Positions 36,698 through 47,635 are shown, numbered from the stretch's first letter. The stretch is DNA of 64,000 nucleotides from a bacterium (GCA_027484965.1 JAIXRY010000006.1:1738-65737); one strand, 5' to 3'. Program-made: numbers and translations. Notes: a model not told the origin generated them from the letters alone.

Positions 36698-38068
36698 GTG
36701 GTTTTTTGTGGTATACTTATAAGACATATGTTTATTAAACGTTTTTTTATTTTTTCACTAATTCTTTCAATGTTCTTAGGAAGTATTGGTGTAATTTATG
36801 CGCAAACATCAGAAGATGAACGTGCCAAGTTGTACGCAGAACTTGATGCTTTACAAAAAGAAATTGTCCAAAAAGAAGCACAATTAAATGAGCAAAGAAA
36901 ACAAACAGGGACTATAAAAAAGGATGTAGATTTGCTTACAAATCAGATTAATTTAGCCAAAACAAAAATTAAATCAAAAAATCTATTAATTAATAAATTA
37001 TCAAAAGATATTAATAGCAGAACAAAAACTATCAATATTCTTGAAGATAAGCTTGATATTTCAAAAGATTCTCTTGCTCAACTTCTTAAAAAAACCAATG
37101 ATTTGAGTCAGGAAAATGTTGTGTATATGCTTCTTTCTAATGACAGTGTTTCTGGGTTTTATCAAGATCTAGATTCCTTTGCTTCATTAAAGAAGTCTGT
37201 TAAATCTAGTGTAGATAATATAAAAATTATTAAATATGACAATGAAGAGCAAAAGAAAAATTTAGAAAAAAATAAAGAAGATGAACTTGACGCTCGTGAT
37301 GTTATAGATAATCAGAAAAAAGTTGTAGAAAAAACAGAAAAAGAGAAAAAAACTTTACTTCAAATTAGTAAAAATAAAGAAGCTGAGTATCAAAAAGTTC
37401 TAGCAGAAAGACAAAAACGTGTTACAGAAATAAAAAACGCACTATTTAGATTTGCTGGTGGAAATACAAAAGCAATACCTTTTGACGAAGCTTTAATGTA
37501 TGCAGAAAAAGCTTCTGAAAAAACTGGTGTTAGGACTGCTTTTATCCTTGCAATTTTAACTCAAGAATCTAATCTTGGTAAAAATGTGGGAACGTGTAAT
37601 AGATCTACAGATCCTGCTTCTAAAAGTTGGAAGGTTGTTATGCATCCAACAAGAGATCAGCCAGCTTTCTTGAGAATTACAGAGAAGTTAGGACTTAATC
37701 CTGAAACTACACCTATCTCTTGTCCTGCTCCTGGTGGTGGTTGGGGTGGAGCTGTTGGGCCGGCGCAGTTCATTCCTTCTACTTGGGAGTCTGTAAGTTC
37801 TGAAGTCTCAAATCTTTTAGGTGTGTCATATGCAAATCCTTGGAGAGCGGAGGATGCTATAATGGCTTCTGCTACTTATCTTAAAAGAAGAGGTGCTGTA
37901 GGTGGTAATACAGCAGAAAGAAATGCTGCTTGTAGATATTATTCAGGTAGGCCTTGTGATAATAAAAGACCAGCAAATACTTTTTATGGTAATTCTGTTA
38001 TTTCTATTTCAAAAAGAATACAAGGGGACATTGACTATCTAAAACAATATGGTGTTTCAAGAAGGTAG
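36698..38068 (+). CDS. secreted coiled-coil protein with a C-terminal lytic-transglycosylase-like domain
   Basis: Signal/TM region, 200 aa of heptad-rich coiled coil, then TQESNLG...GPAQFIPSTW, resembling the SLT catalytic Glu-Ser and GLMQ motifs. Confidence 0.5.
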   Translation: MVFCGILIRHMFIKRFFIFSLILSMFLGSIGVIYAQTSEDERAKLYAELDALQKEIVQKEAQLNEQRKQTGTIKKDVDLLTNQINLAKTKIKSKNLLINKLSKDINSRTKTINILEDKLDISKDSLAQLLKKTNDLSQENVVYMLLSNDSVSGFYQDLDSFASLKKSVKSSVDNIKIIKYDNEEQKKNLEKNKEDELDARDVIDNQKKVVEKTEKEKKTLLQISKNKEAEYQKVLAERQKRVTEIKNALFRFAGGNTKAIPFDEALMYAEKASEKTGVRTAFILAILTQESNLGKNVGTCNRSTDPASKSWKVVMHPTRDQPAFLRITEKLGLNPETTPISCPAPGGGWGGAVGPAQFIPSTWESVSSEVSNLLGVSYANPWRAEDAIMASATYLKRRGAVGGNTAERNAACRYYSGRPCDNKRPANTFYGNSVISISKRIQGDIDYLKQYGVSRR

Positions 38069-38111
38069 TTATATTGATAATTTATATTAAATATGATACA
38101 ATTTTTTAGTT

Positions 38112-38366
38112 ATGAAGAAAGATATACACCCAAAAAACAACCGATACGTTATCTTTGAAGATAATTCAAACGGAGCTCAATTTTTGGTGCTCTCTACGGT
38201 AAATACAAAAGAGACAGCAAAATGGACAGATGGTAAAGAATACCCACTTTTCCGCGTTGAAATTTCAAGTGCCTCACACCCATTCTTTACAGGAACTGAG
38301 AAAGTTCTTGATACTGCTGGACGTGTTGACCGTTTCAAAAAGCGTGCATCACTTGCAGGTAAATAA
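38112..38366 (+). CDS. rpmE: 50S ribosomal protein L31
   Basis: MKKDIHPKN...HPFFTG signature. Confidence 0.85.
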   Translation: MKKDIHPKNNRYVIFEDNSNGAQFLVLSTVNTKETAKWTDGKEYPLFRVEISSASHPFFTGTEKVLDTAGRVDRFKKRASLAGK

Positions 38367-38427
38367 ATTAATTTAAAACAAAAGTCGCTTTGTAGAGCGA
38401 TTTTTTGTTTGCTACAATAAATACATT

Positions 38428-39402
38428 ATGGAAATAGATTTTGATTTAGAAGCAGTTAAAAAAGACCATAAGACCTCTTATTTTGGAGGGCTTCTTCAGT
38501 CTGTTTTGTATAAGATTGAAGAAACTAAAATTCTTTCAGAAGATGAATCTTTAAAGGAATTAGCTGAAGAGGATTTAAAAAATCTTGAAATAGAAAAAGA
38601 GGGACTTGTTGCTCAGATTAAAACTATTTTGGAATCAGAAAAAGAAGAAGAAGAATTTCCAAATGAGGTTGTTTTTGAAATCCGCGCTGGAGCAGGAGGA
38701 GACGAAGCTTCACTCTTTGCTGGTGAGCTCGTAGAAATGTATAAAGGCTACGCTGTAACTCGTAAGTGGCAATGGACAACACTTGAGACATCTCTTTCTT
38801 CAGCTGGTGGGTATAAAGAAGCTTCTTTTGAAATTAAAGGTAAAGATGTCTATAAAACTCTCCGCTTCGAGACTGGAGTTCATCGTGTTCAACGTATTCC
38901 TCAGACTGAGAAGAATGGTCGTGTTCACACTTCTACTGTAACAGTTGCTGTGCTTCCTATTCGTACTAAAAGTACTTTTGTTATTAATCCTTCAGATTTA
39001 GAAATTGAATATTCTCGTTCTGGTGGCGCTGGAGGACAAAATGTTAACAAGGTTGAAACAGCCGTACGTCTCATTCACGTTCCTACAGGAATAGATGTGC
39101 GCTGTACATCAGAGAGAAGTCAGTTAAAGAATCGTGAAAGAGCTATGTCTATTTTGCTTTCAAAACTACAACTCAAAAAAGATGAAGAAGAAGCAAAAAA
39201 ATATGAAGGCGAACGTCGTGATCAAATTGGGACAGGGGATAGAAGTGAAAAAATTCGCACATATAACTTTCCTCAAGACAGAATTACTGATCATCGTATT
39301 AAACAATCATGGTCAAATTTGCCAGGTATAATGCTTGGTAATATCCAGAAAATTATTGACGCTCTCCAGTCTGGAACAGTGGGTGACTCAGATGATGAAT
39401 AA
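38428..39402 (+). CDS. prfA: peptide chain release factor 1
   Basis: GGQ motif ([18 protein letters not shown]) and PQT tripeptide in the codon-recognition position (the RF1 PxT type, not SPF). Confidence 0.8.
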   Translation: MEIDFDLEAVKKDHKTSYFGGLLQSVLYKIEETKILSEDESLKELAEEDLKNLEIEKEGLVAQIKTILESEKEEEEFPNEVVFEIRAGAGGDEASLFAGELVEMYKGYAVTRKWQWTTLETSLSSAGGYKEASFEIKGKDVYKTLRFETGVHRVQRIPQTEKNGRVHTSTVTVAVLPIRTKSTFVINPSDLEIEYSRSGGAGGQNVNKVETAVRLIHVPTGIDVRCTSERSQLKNRERAMSILLSKLQLKKDEEEAKKYEGERRDQIGTGDRSEKIRTYNFPQDRITDHRIKQSWSNLPGIMLGNIQKIIDALQSGTVGDSDDE

Positions 39403-39507
39403 AAGTTGCTCAAATATTATAATATTTTCGCTTTTATAATTTTATACATGAATTTATAACATAATTTTATTTGCTAAATATAGGTTTTTTTGGTATATTC
39501 TAGAAAC

Positions 39508-39579
39508 GCGTGTATAGTTCAGTGGTAGAACGCTGTCCTGATAAGACAGAGGTCCTTGGTCCGATTCCAAGTACACGCA
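39508..39579 (+). tRNA. tRNA-Ile (anticodon GAU)
   Basis: Acceptor GCGTGTA/TACACGC, D-arm GTTC-AGTGGTA-GAAC, anticodon stem CTGTC/GACAG with loop CTGATAA, T-arm CTTGG-TCCGATT-CCAAG. It is followed by a terminator (AAACCCCAC...GTGAGGTTTTTT). Confidence 0.85.
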
Positions 39580-39646
39580 CAATAAATAAAACCCCACTTA
39601 AATATTGTGAGGTTTTTTATTTAAATTAAGCTATACTAAATAATGT

Positions 39647-40327
39647 ATGAAAGGCACACTCTCTGTAGTATCTACTCCAATAGGCAATCTAGAAGACATT
39701 ACTCTTCGAGCTCTTCGTATTTTAGGTGAATGCGACGCTGTTTTGTGTGAAGATACTAGAGTTACAGGAAAACTACTTTCTCACTACAATATCAAAAAAC
39801 CTCTTTTTAGATACGATGCTCACTCTACAAAAGAAAGAGTTGCTCCTATAATTGCAAAATTAGAAGAAGGTAAACATTTATGTCTTGTCACTGATGCTGG
39901 CACTCCTTGCATATCTGACCCAGGATTTCTTTTAATAAAACAAATAAAGGATGATTTACCTGAAGTTAAAATAGAAAGCATTCCAGGAGCCAGTGCTGTT
40001 ATTTCAGCTTTGTCTATATCAGGCATACCTGTATCTTCTTTTTCTTTTTTAGGATTTTTACCTCAAAAAAATGGTAGAAACACAATTTTTGAAAAAATGA
40101 AAGAAAGTGAGGTTCCTATTGTTTTTTACGAATCAACACATAGAATTAAAAAAACATTACTATCTCTTTCAGATAAATTGCCAGAAAATCAGATTATTAT
40201 TGTTAAAGAATTAACAAAAATTCATGAACAAGTTTTTGCTGGAAAAGCTATTGATATAATTGAGAAATTTGACGAAGACGAGCGTCTTCTGCGTGGTGAG
40301 TTTGTGGTCATTGTCGCACCTCACTAG
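39647..40327 (+). CDS. rsmI: 16S rRNA (cytidine1402-2'-O)-methyltransferase RsmI
   Basis: GTLSVVSTPIGNLEDITLRALRIL...VLCEDTR is the tetrapyrrole-methylase-fold RsmI signature. Confidence 0.8.
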   Translation: MKGTLSVVSTPIGNLEDITLRALRILGECDAVLCEDTRVTGKLLSHYNIKKPLFRYDAHSTKERVAPIIAKLEEGKHLCLVTDAGTPCISDPGFLLIKQIKDDLPEVKIESIPGASAVISALSISGIPVSSFSFLGFLPQKNGRNTIFEKMKESEVPIVFYESTHRIKKTLLSLSDKLPENQIIIVKELTKIHEQVFAGKAIDIIEKFDEDERLLRGEFVVIVAPH

Positions 40328-40347
40328 GTCTTGTATACTATCTAGAT

Positions 40348-40551
40348 ATGAGACGAGACTACACACTACTTTTTATTGGTATCTGGACTATGATAGTTCC
40401 TTTCTTGGGTTTTCCTCCTAGTTGGAAAAAAATTATTTTTATAATCACAGGTCTCGTGGTTGTATCTGTCGGATATTCAATTTGGAGAGAATACAATAAG
40501 AACAAAGAAAAAGAAATATCTCAGACCGTAGATCAGTTTCAAAACTTATAA
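40348..40551 (+). CDS. small membrane protein
   Basis: 67 aa with two TM helices. Confidence 0.35.
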   Translation: MRRDYTLLFIGIWTMIVPFLGFPPSWKKIIFIITGLVVVSVGYSIWREYNKNKEKEISQTVDQFQNL

Positions 40552-40563
40552 AAATAAAATTCT

Positions 40564-41772
40564 ATGGATAAAGATTTTATTACAAAACAAAAAACAAGAA
40601 CATCTTTAATTCTATCTGTTTTTATTACAGGAGTTATAATCTTTGGTGTTGGGTACTACACGGGGAGTAGGGGTTCTATAGTTAACGCTGAAACGCTAGG
40701 ATCTTCAAAAGCTAATGCTGATTTAACTTCATTTTGGCGAGTATGGAGATTGATAGATGAAAAATCTCCCAGCGCTAAAGAAAGTACCACTGAAAAGCGA
40801 TTGTATGGCGCTATACAAGGTCTTGCAAGTTCTTTGGATGATCCATATACAGTATTTTTCCCACCAGAAGAAAATAAGGCTTTTTCTGAGACAATTTCTG
40901 GAGAATTTGGTGGAATCGGTATGGAGGTGGGTATAAAGGATGGGTTACTCACTGTTGTGTCCCCTTTGAAAGATACTCCTGCGTATAAATCAGGAATTAA
41001 ATCCGGAGATATTGTTTTCAAAATAGATGACACATTCACTAAGGATTTATCTGTTGATAATGCTATAAAATTGATCAGAGGTAAAAAGGGTACAGAAGTA
41101 AAACTTACTATAATAAGAAAAGATATTAAAGAGCCAATAGAGTTTAAAGTCGTTCGTGATACTATAATTGTTCCTGTTGTTGAAAGTGAAGATAAGAATG
41201 GTGTTCATATTATTCACGTTTATACATTTTCAGAAAATGTTGAAGCTAAATTTAGAACAGCTTTAAGACAATTTTATGTTTCAGGAAATAAAAAATTAAT
41301 CATTGATCTTAGAGGAAATCCTGGAGGATACTTAGAATCAGCTATTGATATGGTGAGTTGGTTTTTGCCTAGTGGTGAGATTGTTGTAAGAGAAGATTTT
41401 GGAAATAATAAAGAACAAAAAATTCACGCAAGTAAAGGATATAATGTTTTTGGAAATGATTACAAAATAGCAATTCTTATTGATGGAGGCTCTGCTTCTG
41501 CTTCAGAAATATTTGCCGGTGCAATGCAAGATCATAAGAAGGCTGTTCTTGTTGGTAAAAAAACTTTTGGAAAAGGGTCTGTACAAGAAGTTATTCCTAT
41601 TACAAGTGATACATCTTTAAAAATTACTATTGCAAAATGGTTTACGCCAAATGGTTTATCAATCTCTAAAAATGGCCTTAATCCAGATGTTGATGTATCT
41701 GTTACAGAAGAAGATATCTTAGCAGGTAAGGATGTGCAGATGGAGAAAGCAATATCAGTATTAAATAATTAA
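40564..41772 (+). CDS. ctpA: carboxyl-terminal processing protease (peptidase S41) with PDZ domain
   Basis: PDZ (GIKSGDIVFKIDD) and S41 catalytic region (IIDLRGNPGGYLESAI, GSASASEIFAGA, K in the KKAVLVG region). Confidence 0.8.
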   Translation: MDKDFITKQKTRTSLILSVFITGVIIFGVGYYTGSRGSIVNAETLGSSKANADLTSFWRVWRLIDEKSPSAKESTTEKRLYGAIQGLASSLDDPYTVFFPPEENKAFSETISGEFGGIGMEVGIKDGLLTVVSPLKDTPAYKSGIKSGDIVFKIDDTFTKDLSVDNAIKLIRGKKGTEVKLTIIRKDIKEPIEFKVVRDTIIVPVVESEDKNGVHIIHVYTFSENVEAKFRTALRQFYVSGNKKLIIDLRGNPGGYLESAIDMVSWFLPSGEIVVREDFGNNKEQKIHASKGYNVFGNDYKIAILIDGGSASASEIFAGAMQDHKKAVLVGKKTFGKGSVQEVIPITSDTSLKITIAKWFTPNGLSISKNGLNPDVDVSVTEEDILAGKDVQMEKAISVLNN

Positions 41773-41776
41773 TTAT

Positions 41777-42220
41777 ATGAAAGTTATTTTTTTAAAAACA
41801 TTAAAAAACGTTGGTAGGCAAGATGAAATTAAGGATGTTAATGATGGGTATGCACAAAATTTTTTGTTCCCACAAAAAATAGCAATCCCTGCAAATAATG
41901 CATCACTATCTTCTCTTAAAAAGAAATTAGAAATAGTTAAGATAGATAAGGTTGTTCAAGAAAATCTTTTAGAAAAGAATTTAGCTTCAATAAAAGATGT
42001 TGTGGTAGAAGTAGAACTTCCAGCCAATAATGAAGGTCATCTATTCTCAGGAATTCACGCAAAAGACATTGTAGGATTTCTATCTAAAAATCATATAGAA
42101 GTTGATGAAAAATTAATTGATTTAGATAAACCAATCAAATCTACTGGAAAGCATGAAATATTGGTCAAGGCTGGTAACAAGAGTAGTGTATTTACTCTTG
42201 TTATTAATCATTCAAAATAA
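41777..42220 (+). CDS. rplI: 50S ribosomal protein L9
   Basis: MKVIFLKTLKNVGRQDEIKDVNDGYAQNFLFPQKIA signature. Confidence 0.8.
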   Translation: MKVIFLKTLKNVGRQDEIKDVNDGYAQNFLFPQKIAIPANNASLSSLKKKLEIVKIDKVVQENLLEKNLASIKDVVVEVELPANNEGHLFSGIHAKDIVGFLSKNHIEVDEKLIDLDKPIKSTGKHEILVKAGNKSSVFTLVINHSK

Positions 42221-42289
42221 ACTCCATACTAAAATAAATAAAAATAAAACCCGATATTTATCGGGTTTTATTTTTATTTGGTCGAAATC

Positions 42290-42565
42290 TTAAATTTCAA
42301 TGTTCACTACTTTTTTGACAATTGTTTTTCCGTCAAAGTGAGTTTTTCTTTTTGTTCCAAATTTTACTTTTCCTTCTTTCAATGCAAAAAGAGTGTGGTC
42401 TTTTCCAAGTCCAACATTGTTTCCTGGGAGGATTTTTGTCCCTCTTTGGCGAACAATAATACTACCTGCTTGAGCATGTTCTCCAGCGTATAGTTTAGTT
42501 CCTAGATATTGTGGGTTTGAGTCGTTAAGGTTTTTTGCTGAACCTCCAGCTTTTCTATGTGCCAT
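42290..42565 (-). CDS. rpmA: 50S ribosomal protein L27
   Basis: [29 protein letters not shown] signature. Confidence 0.85.
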   Translation of the reverse strand: MAHRKAGGSAKNLNDSNPQYLGTKLYAGEHAQAGSIIVRQRGTKILPGNNVGLGKDHTLFALKEGKVKFGTKRKTHFDGKTIVKKVVNIEI

Positions 42566-42604
42566 AGTGTTATTATATTTCTAATCTTTGTTATACTAAG
42601 TTAT

Positions 42605-43030
42605 ATGAGTATAACTAATTTTATTCAAAAAATCAAGGGGTTTATGGATAGCGAGGAGGGGAGAATCATAGCCTTTATTTTAATAGTTATTTTAACAGGA
42701 ACAAGTTCGTTTTTACTGGGTAGAATGTCGAATTCATTGAAAAATAAGGATAATACATGTGTTAATATTGAAAATTCAAATAATAATATAACCACACAAT
42801 CAAATAATATTAAGTCAATATATGATAAGTCGTTAGGGAAGGCTAATGCTCTAGATAGTATTTCAGTCTCAAATCAATCTGGATCATATGTTGCTTCTAA
42901 GAGAGGTAAGAGATTTTATCCTGTTGATTGCAGTGCTGCATCGAGTATAGTTTTGAAAAATAGGGTATACTTTAGTACAAGCGAAGAAGCAATACAAAAA
43001 GGTTATAGTGCTTCACCAAGCTGTGAGTAA
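42605..43030 (+). CDS. hypothetical membrane-anchored protein
   Basis: The ORF track starts at 42557, overlapping the rpmA start. An internal Met at 42605 or 42644 is more plausible. One TM helix and a Ser/Asn-rich ectodomain. Confidence 0.35.
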   Translation: MSITNFIQKIKGFMDSEEGRIIAFILIVILTGTSSFLLGRMSNSLKNKDNTCVNIENSNNNITTQSNNIKSIYDKSLGKANALDSISVSNQSGSYVASKRGKRFYPVDCSAASSIVLKNRVYFSTSEEAIQKGYSASPSCE

Positions 43031-43052
43031 TTATCATTAAACTTGTCTTTAC

Positions 43053-43976
43053 ATGCGCATTATTAAACTCGTTTTTACACTTTTGGTACTATATGGGATA
43101 TATATTTATAGTGATCAAATTTTGAATTTTATTAAAAAGTACAGTCCAACAGCATTAAATAATGGAATTTCTTATGTAAAAGATTCTATTACAAAAGCAC
43201 AAATTGGCCTTGAGGATTCTATTGGTAAAAATGTTTCTCAAATGGATTTTTTATCAAACCCAGGAGCTCTTGTTGTTGATTCTGGTTCAATTAAAAATAA
43301 TACAAAAGGAGAGCTTACATCTTTTTCTATTATAGAGTCTACCAACAATGCTCGTATAGAAAATGGACTTGAACCACTTACAGAAAATACATTATTAAAT
43401 AGTTCAGCTCTTATAAAAACAAATGACATGCTCGCTAAACAATATTTTGAACATGAATCACCTGAAGGGCGTGGAGTTTCTGATCTTGCTTCAGATGTTA
43501 ATTATGAGTATATACTTGTTGGCGAAAATCTTGCAATGGGACCCTTTACTACAGGACAAGATATTGTAGATGCTTGGATGAAAAGTCCTGGACACAGGGC
43601 AAATATTTTACAAAATAATTACAAAGAAATCGGAATCGGATTGGTTAAAGGAAAATATGAAGGTAAAGATGTTTGGATGTCTGTACAACACTTTGGTAAT
43701 CCACGATCATCTTGTCCTCCTATTGATGAAAAATTAAAAACTCAGATAGATTCATTCAAAAAAGATATTAGTGATTTAGATTCTAATCTAAAATTATTAC
43801 AATCAACAATAAGTAATGCATCTACAAATTCTTCAGGTCCATCTATTGCGGGTCTTATTACAACTTACAATCAAAAAGCCGCTGAGTATAATGCACTATC
43901 TAAAACTATTAAGCAAGCTGTAGACACATATAACAATCAAATAAGACTGTTTAATAATTGTGCTGGAGTTAAATAA
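43053..43976 (+). CDS. CAP (SCP/PR-1-like) domain secreted protein
   Basis: GENLAMGPFTTGQDIVDAWMKSPGHRANIL...KEIGIGLV CAP motifs, with an N-terminal signal/TM. Followed by a terminator (AAACCCTAAACTTGTTTAGGGTTTT). Confidence 0.7.
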   Translation: MRIIKLVFTLLVLYGIYIYSDQILNFIKKYSPTALNNGISYVKDSITKAQIGLEDSIGKNVSQMDFLSNPGALVVDSGSIKNNTKGELTSFSIIESTNNARIENGLEPLTENTLLNSSALIKTNDMLAKQYFEHESPEGRGVSDLASDVNYEYILVGENLAMGPFTTGQDIVDAWMKSPGHRANILQNNYKEIGIGLVKGKYEGKDVWMSVQHFGNPRSSCPPIDEKLKTQIDSFKKDISDLDSNLKLLQSTISNASTNSSGPSIAGLITTYNQKAAEYNALSKTIKQAVDTYNNQIRLFNNCAGVK

Positions 43977-44461
43977 ATATAAAACCCTAAACTTGTTTAG
44001 GGTTTTATATTACAACAATAATTAATACATGTGTCAAATAATATTTTGAATATACCTTACTCAAGGGGAGAGCGTATTGGTTGTATATGTTTTAATTATT
44101 GGCAACAAAAGATACTAAGAAATATTTAAGAGGATATTTGTGAGAATATAATATCAAAATATTTTCGTCAAATGTGCAAGTTTCACGATCTAAGGGTATA
44201 GGTGTGGAAAACTATTATAGTGTCGCACAATATATCTTTTGCGACATACAATAAAAAATAAAGCTTTAAATATATACATATTATAAAAACTATATTTTTC
44301 TATTAAATTCAACACTTGGTATTATTGTCACGCACATTCATTATTCACAAATAAGGTCTTCGCTCGGTAACCACTTCTCTTAAGGTTTTTGTCTCTTTTT
44401 TAAAATTTTTCTAAAAAATATTTTTCCTAAAAAAATATCAAAAAATTATTTCCCTGTCAAA

Positions 44462-44490
44462 AAATAAAAAAATTCCTCGGAAGGAATAAT
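44462..44490 (-). terminator. minus-strand terminator (ATTCCTTCCGAGGAAT + T-run on the minus strand)
   Basis: Hairpin ATTCCT-CGGA-AGGAAT preceded on the plus strand by an A-run; lies 65 nt downstream of the EVE gene stop. Confidence 0.6.
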
Positions 44491-44554
44491 TTATACATCT
44501 CTTTAAATGAGTACTTATATGACTTTACCTATTACACATGGCTTATAGGTCATT

Positions 44555-45013
44555 TTAAGGCTTCATTCTTTCTACAACATACTTAAAATGTTTTTCCTCT
44601 ACAGGCTGTATAGAAAGTCTAGATCCTTGAGCTCGGACCATCATTCCATCTAGGTTTGTATTAAATTTAATTTGATCTAAGCTCACAGGTGATTTAAAGG
44701 CCTCTAAAAATGAAATGTCGACACAATACCAGATAGGTTTTTCTTTTGTTGCTTTTGGATCGTAGTGATCATCTTTTTTGTTGAATTGAGTTTCGTCTGT
44801 ATGAGGCTTACTAGATACCTTTGCAAGACCATATACACCATTTGGTTTTGAGTTTGAATGATAGAAGAGACAAAGGTCTCCAATAGACATGTCTTTCATC
44901 ATGAAATTTCTTGCCTGATAATTACGAATACCAGTCCAAGAAGTTCGCTTGTCTTTTTTGAGTTCTGATATAGGGTAGCAAGAGCCTTCTGATTTTAGTA
45001 GCCAGTATTTCAT
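44555..45013 (-). CDS. EVE (PUA-like) domain protein
   Basis: MKYWLLKSEGSCYPISELKKDKRTSWTGIRNYQARNFMMKDMSIGDLCLFYHS is the EVE/DUF55 signature. Confidence 0.7.
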   Translation of the reverse strand: MKYWLLKSEGSCYPISELKKDKRTSWTGIRNYQARNFMMKDMSIGDLCLFYHSNSKPNGVYGLAKVSSKPHTDETQFNKKDDHYDPKATKEKPIWYCVDISFLEAFKSPVSLDQIKFNTNLDGMMVRAQGSRLSIQPVEEKHFKYVVERMKP

Positions 45014-45152
45014 AAAATTTATTTAAAAGTAGGAGAGTGACTTCCCTTCTAATTTTTTAATTTTACCATATAAAAACTGACCAAGAAAATTGATCAGTTT
45101 TTAATTTAGTATATTTATTGTTTTAGTTTCTCTTTACTTGAAGTTTGTGTAT

Positions 45153-45530
45153 TTAATTTAAATTTTCGAATCTCCATTTTTTGACACCTAATTTCTTACC
45201 ATTATCCATTCCTTTTTTAAATCCTTTTTCTGGAAGACCTGCGGCTATGAGTGTTGCCTTTGCTTTTTCTATATCTCCTGCTTTTGCTTGAGATTTTGCG
45301 TCTTTGATCGCTTTTCTTTGAGCGTCAGTAAGAATTGCTTTTTTATGAGTCTTTCTTGTAGAGTTTCTTTCAGGAGTTATAGAAGTTGTTATTGTCTGAT
45401 TTGTAGTAGAGGTGTCACTTGTTTGAGCATTAGTCATATTTGCTACTCCAGCAAAAGCTAGAACACCCATAGTTCCACCAATAATGAAGTTTTTACCTGT
45501 ACGGCGCATTCCTTTTGTGTATTTATCCAT
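45153..45530 (-). CDS. hypothetical secreted protein
   Basis: Signal-peptide-like N-terminus and a Lys/Ala-rich C-terminus. Confidence 0.4.
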   Translation of the reverse strand: MDKYTKGMRRTGKNFIIGGTMGVLAFAGVANMTNAQTSDTSTTNQTITTSITPERNSTRKTHKKAILTDAQRKAIKDAKSQAKAGDIEKAKATLIAAGLPEKGFKKGMDNGKKLGVKKWRFENLN

Positions 45531-45620
45531 ATATGTATTTTTAGATTAGTTCTAATAAATTAGTGCCTATCTTTATGTGCACCTACATATATATACGATG
45601 ATCTATTATCTTTTATTTCA

Positions 45621-46421
45621 TCAATTATTGAATAGATCAAATTTTTTACATTGGTCAAGAATAGCGCTCATATTTTGCTTGCGAGGTATACGTTTTTTAA
45701 TCTCTTTTTTTCTATTATTTCTATCTTCTAATGATTTTTGATCAAAATCCCAAGGAAACAATGCACAAGCAATAAAATTATCAGGACCACTAATATCTCC
45801 AAGAACTCTTATGTTTCTACCTAATTGAGCAGATTCCCTTATTTCTTTTGGAATTTTAGTTGTATTTACAACCCAAGTTTTACCTTTTTTGTCAGTAATT
45901 ACTATTGATTCTTCATTATTAATATCTGTAATAACACCTAAAACCCGACCTTTTTCTGGGGAGGACCATTTATTCATTTCTGTTTGTTTTGTGTATTTTT
46001 CAAACCCAAAGGAATAAGAAACAACTTTTTTATTGATTAAAATAAAGACTAATTCCCCTAAAATAATACTAATCAAAAGACTTGATAAAAGTATTGTAGC
46101 TCTCTTGTATTTATATCCATCATTAGTCCTCCTTATAAAATTAAATGTAAAAAAATAAAACAACACAAAAGACAGTATCCAAATATACGGTATATTTTCT
46201 AGTATAAATTCTTGAGTTGAAGGATGTGTAAAGCGTCTAAATTCCCAACCGCTATTTGTCGCTCCATACATCATTCCATAAATAGCAATACTTCCAATCA
46301 GTGTGCATAAAATCCCAGGCAGCCACAAAGCAAGTCTTTTAATAATAAAAACCCATCGAGGTACAGGTCTCAGTGATTTTCTTTGTATTTCATTTATTAT
46401 TTTTTCTGATAAGTTTTCCAT
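45621..46421 (-). CDS. putative anti-sigma factor (membrane protein translationally coupled to the ECF sigma gene)
   Basis: Starts 2 nt after the ECF sigma stop. Cytoplasmic N-terminus, about 4 TM helices, then an extracytoplasmic domain. The assignment is positional. Confidence 0.4.
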   Translation of the reverse strand: MENLSEKIINEIQRKSLRPVPRWVFIIKRLALWLPGILCTLIGSIAIYGMMYGATNSGWEFRRFTHPSTQEFILENIPYIWILSFVLFYFFTFNFIRRTNDGYKYKRATILLSSLLISIILGELVFILINKKVVSYSFGFEKYTKQTEMNKWSSPEKGRVLGVITDINNEESIVITDKKGKTWVVNTTKIPKEIRESAQLGRNIRVLGDISGPDNFIACALFPWDFDQKSLEDRNNRKKEIKKRIPRKQNMSAILDQCKKFDLFNN

Positions 46422-46422
46422 A

Positions 46423-46989
46423 TTATTTTTTTAGTATTTTTTTTAAATCATTTTTTGCTCTGTTTAGCCATGTAGCGACTGTCCCTATAGGTATTTTGAG
46501 AATATCACTGATTTCTTCATATGACTTATCTTCAAAGTATTTCTGTATAAGTATTTCTCTATATTCGGGTTTTAATTTTTCTAATGCTTGGATAATATAT
46601 TCTTTTTCTTTTAATTTATCGAATCTTTTGAAATCATCTTCTTTTGTGTCATCTGATATTTTTTCTAGTATACCTATATCTGTATCATCAAGTGATAACG
46701 AAGCTCTTGTTTTATCTTTTCTGTACCAGTCTATAAGTTCATTGTATGTTATGCGATATATCCACGAAGAAAAATTTAGATTTTGATCATAATCATTTAT
46801 ATTTTTATAAACTTTAATAAAAACATTTTGTAAAATATCTTCGACATCTTGCTTTGTAGCATGAGATCTTCTTTTTATGTATTTTGATAGTTTTTCATTG
46901 TATCTATCCACAATAACACCAAAAACCTCTGAATTTTTTAAAATCAGTTTAATAAGCTCACTATCTGTAAGTGTCTTGTATGTATCCAT
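46423..46989 (-). CDS. ECF-type RNA polymerase sigma-70 family factor
   Basis: Region 2 (DVEDILQNVFIKVYKNINDY...FSSWIYRITYNELIDWYRK) and region 4 HTH (KSYEEISDILKIPIGTVATWLNRAKNDL). Confidence 0.8.
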   Translation of the reverse strand: MDTYKTLTDSELIKLILKNSEVFGVIVDRYNEKLSKYIKRRSHATKQDVEDILQNVFIKVYKNINDYDQNLNFSSWIYRITYNELIDWYRKDKTRASLSLDDTDIGILEKISDDTKEDDFKRFDKLKEKEYIIQALEKLKPEYREILIQKYFEDKSYEEISDILKIPIGTVATWLNRAKNDLKKILKK

Positions 46990-47090
46990 ATAATGACTCT
47001 ACTTTATATTATACGTTTATTTGAGATATTTTCTTTCTATTGACAATTCTGTAATGTATATTAAAAATAAAAAAGCCTTAAAAAGGCTTT

Positions 47091-47522
47091 TTAAACATGA
47101 GGAACAATACCTCTTACTGAATCAGTGATGAGGCATGGGGTTTTGCAAATTTCAATTGAATTTGTTTTCCCCTTGAGCTTTTTTGGATCAACAAAATAAA
47201 TTCTCGGTCCGTCCACACGGGTTTGTTTTGTTAAAAACGTTTTGTAAAAATGAAACACAATATTCTCTATTGATAAAGTATTTATTTTCTCAAAAGAATC
47301 TGGTTTAAGTTGACTTTTAAAGTATAATGCAATCGTTTCTTTTAAAAGATCTTTCTCATCTTCTGGGGTAAAAGTTTTATGAGACTCTTTTTTGTGTGAT
47401 AAAAATTTAACAACTTCGCTTTCGTATTGTTCTGATCTTTCAATTTTCATGAGAAATTTTCCCGTATTGTTTAAAGCAATTAAAACAATACAATTTTTTA
47501 CCGTTTGTGCTTGTGCTCCCAT
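47091..47522 (-). CDS. hypothetical protein
   Basis: 143-aa ORF; no recognisable family. Confidence 0.35.
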   Translation of the reverse strand: MGAQAQTVKNCIVLIALNNTGKFLMKIERSEQYESEVVKFLSHKKESHKTFTPEDEKDLLKETIALYFKSQLKPDSFEKINTLSIENIVFHFYKTFLTKQTRVDGPRIYFVDPKKLKGKTNSIEICKTPCLITDSVRGIVPHV

Positions 47523-47635
47523 AATATTATTTTGTTTTTGGTTTCATGCTATTCTACTCCTTTTTATAATAGAGTCAATATATATTATTTAATTAAAAAA
47601 CCTCTCACTTGTTGAGAGGTTTTTTAATGTAAGAC

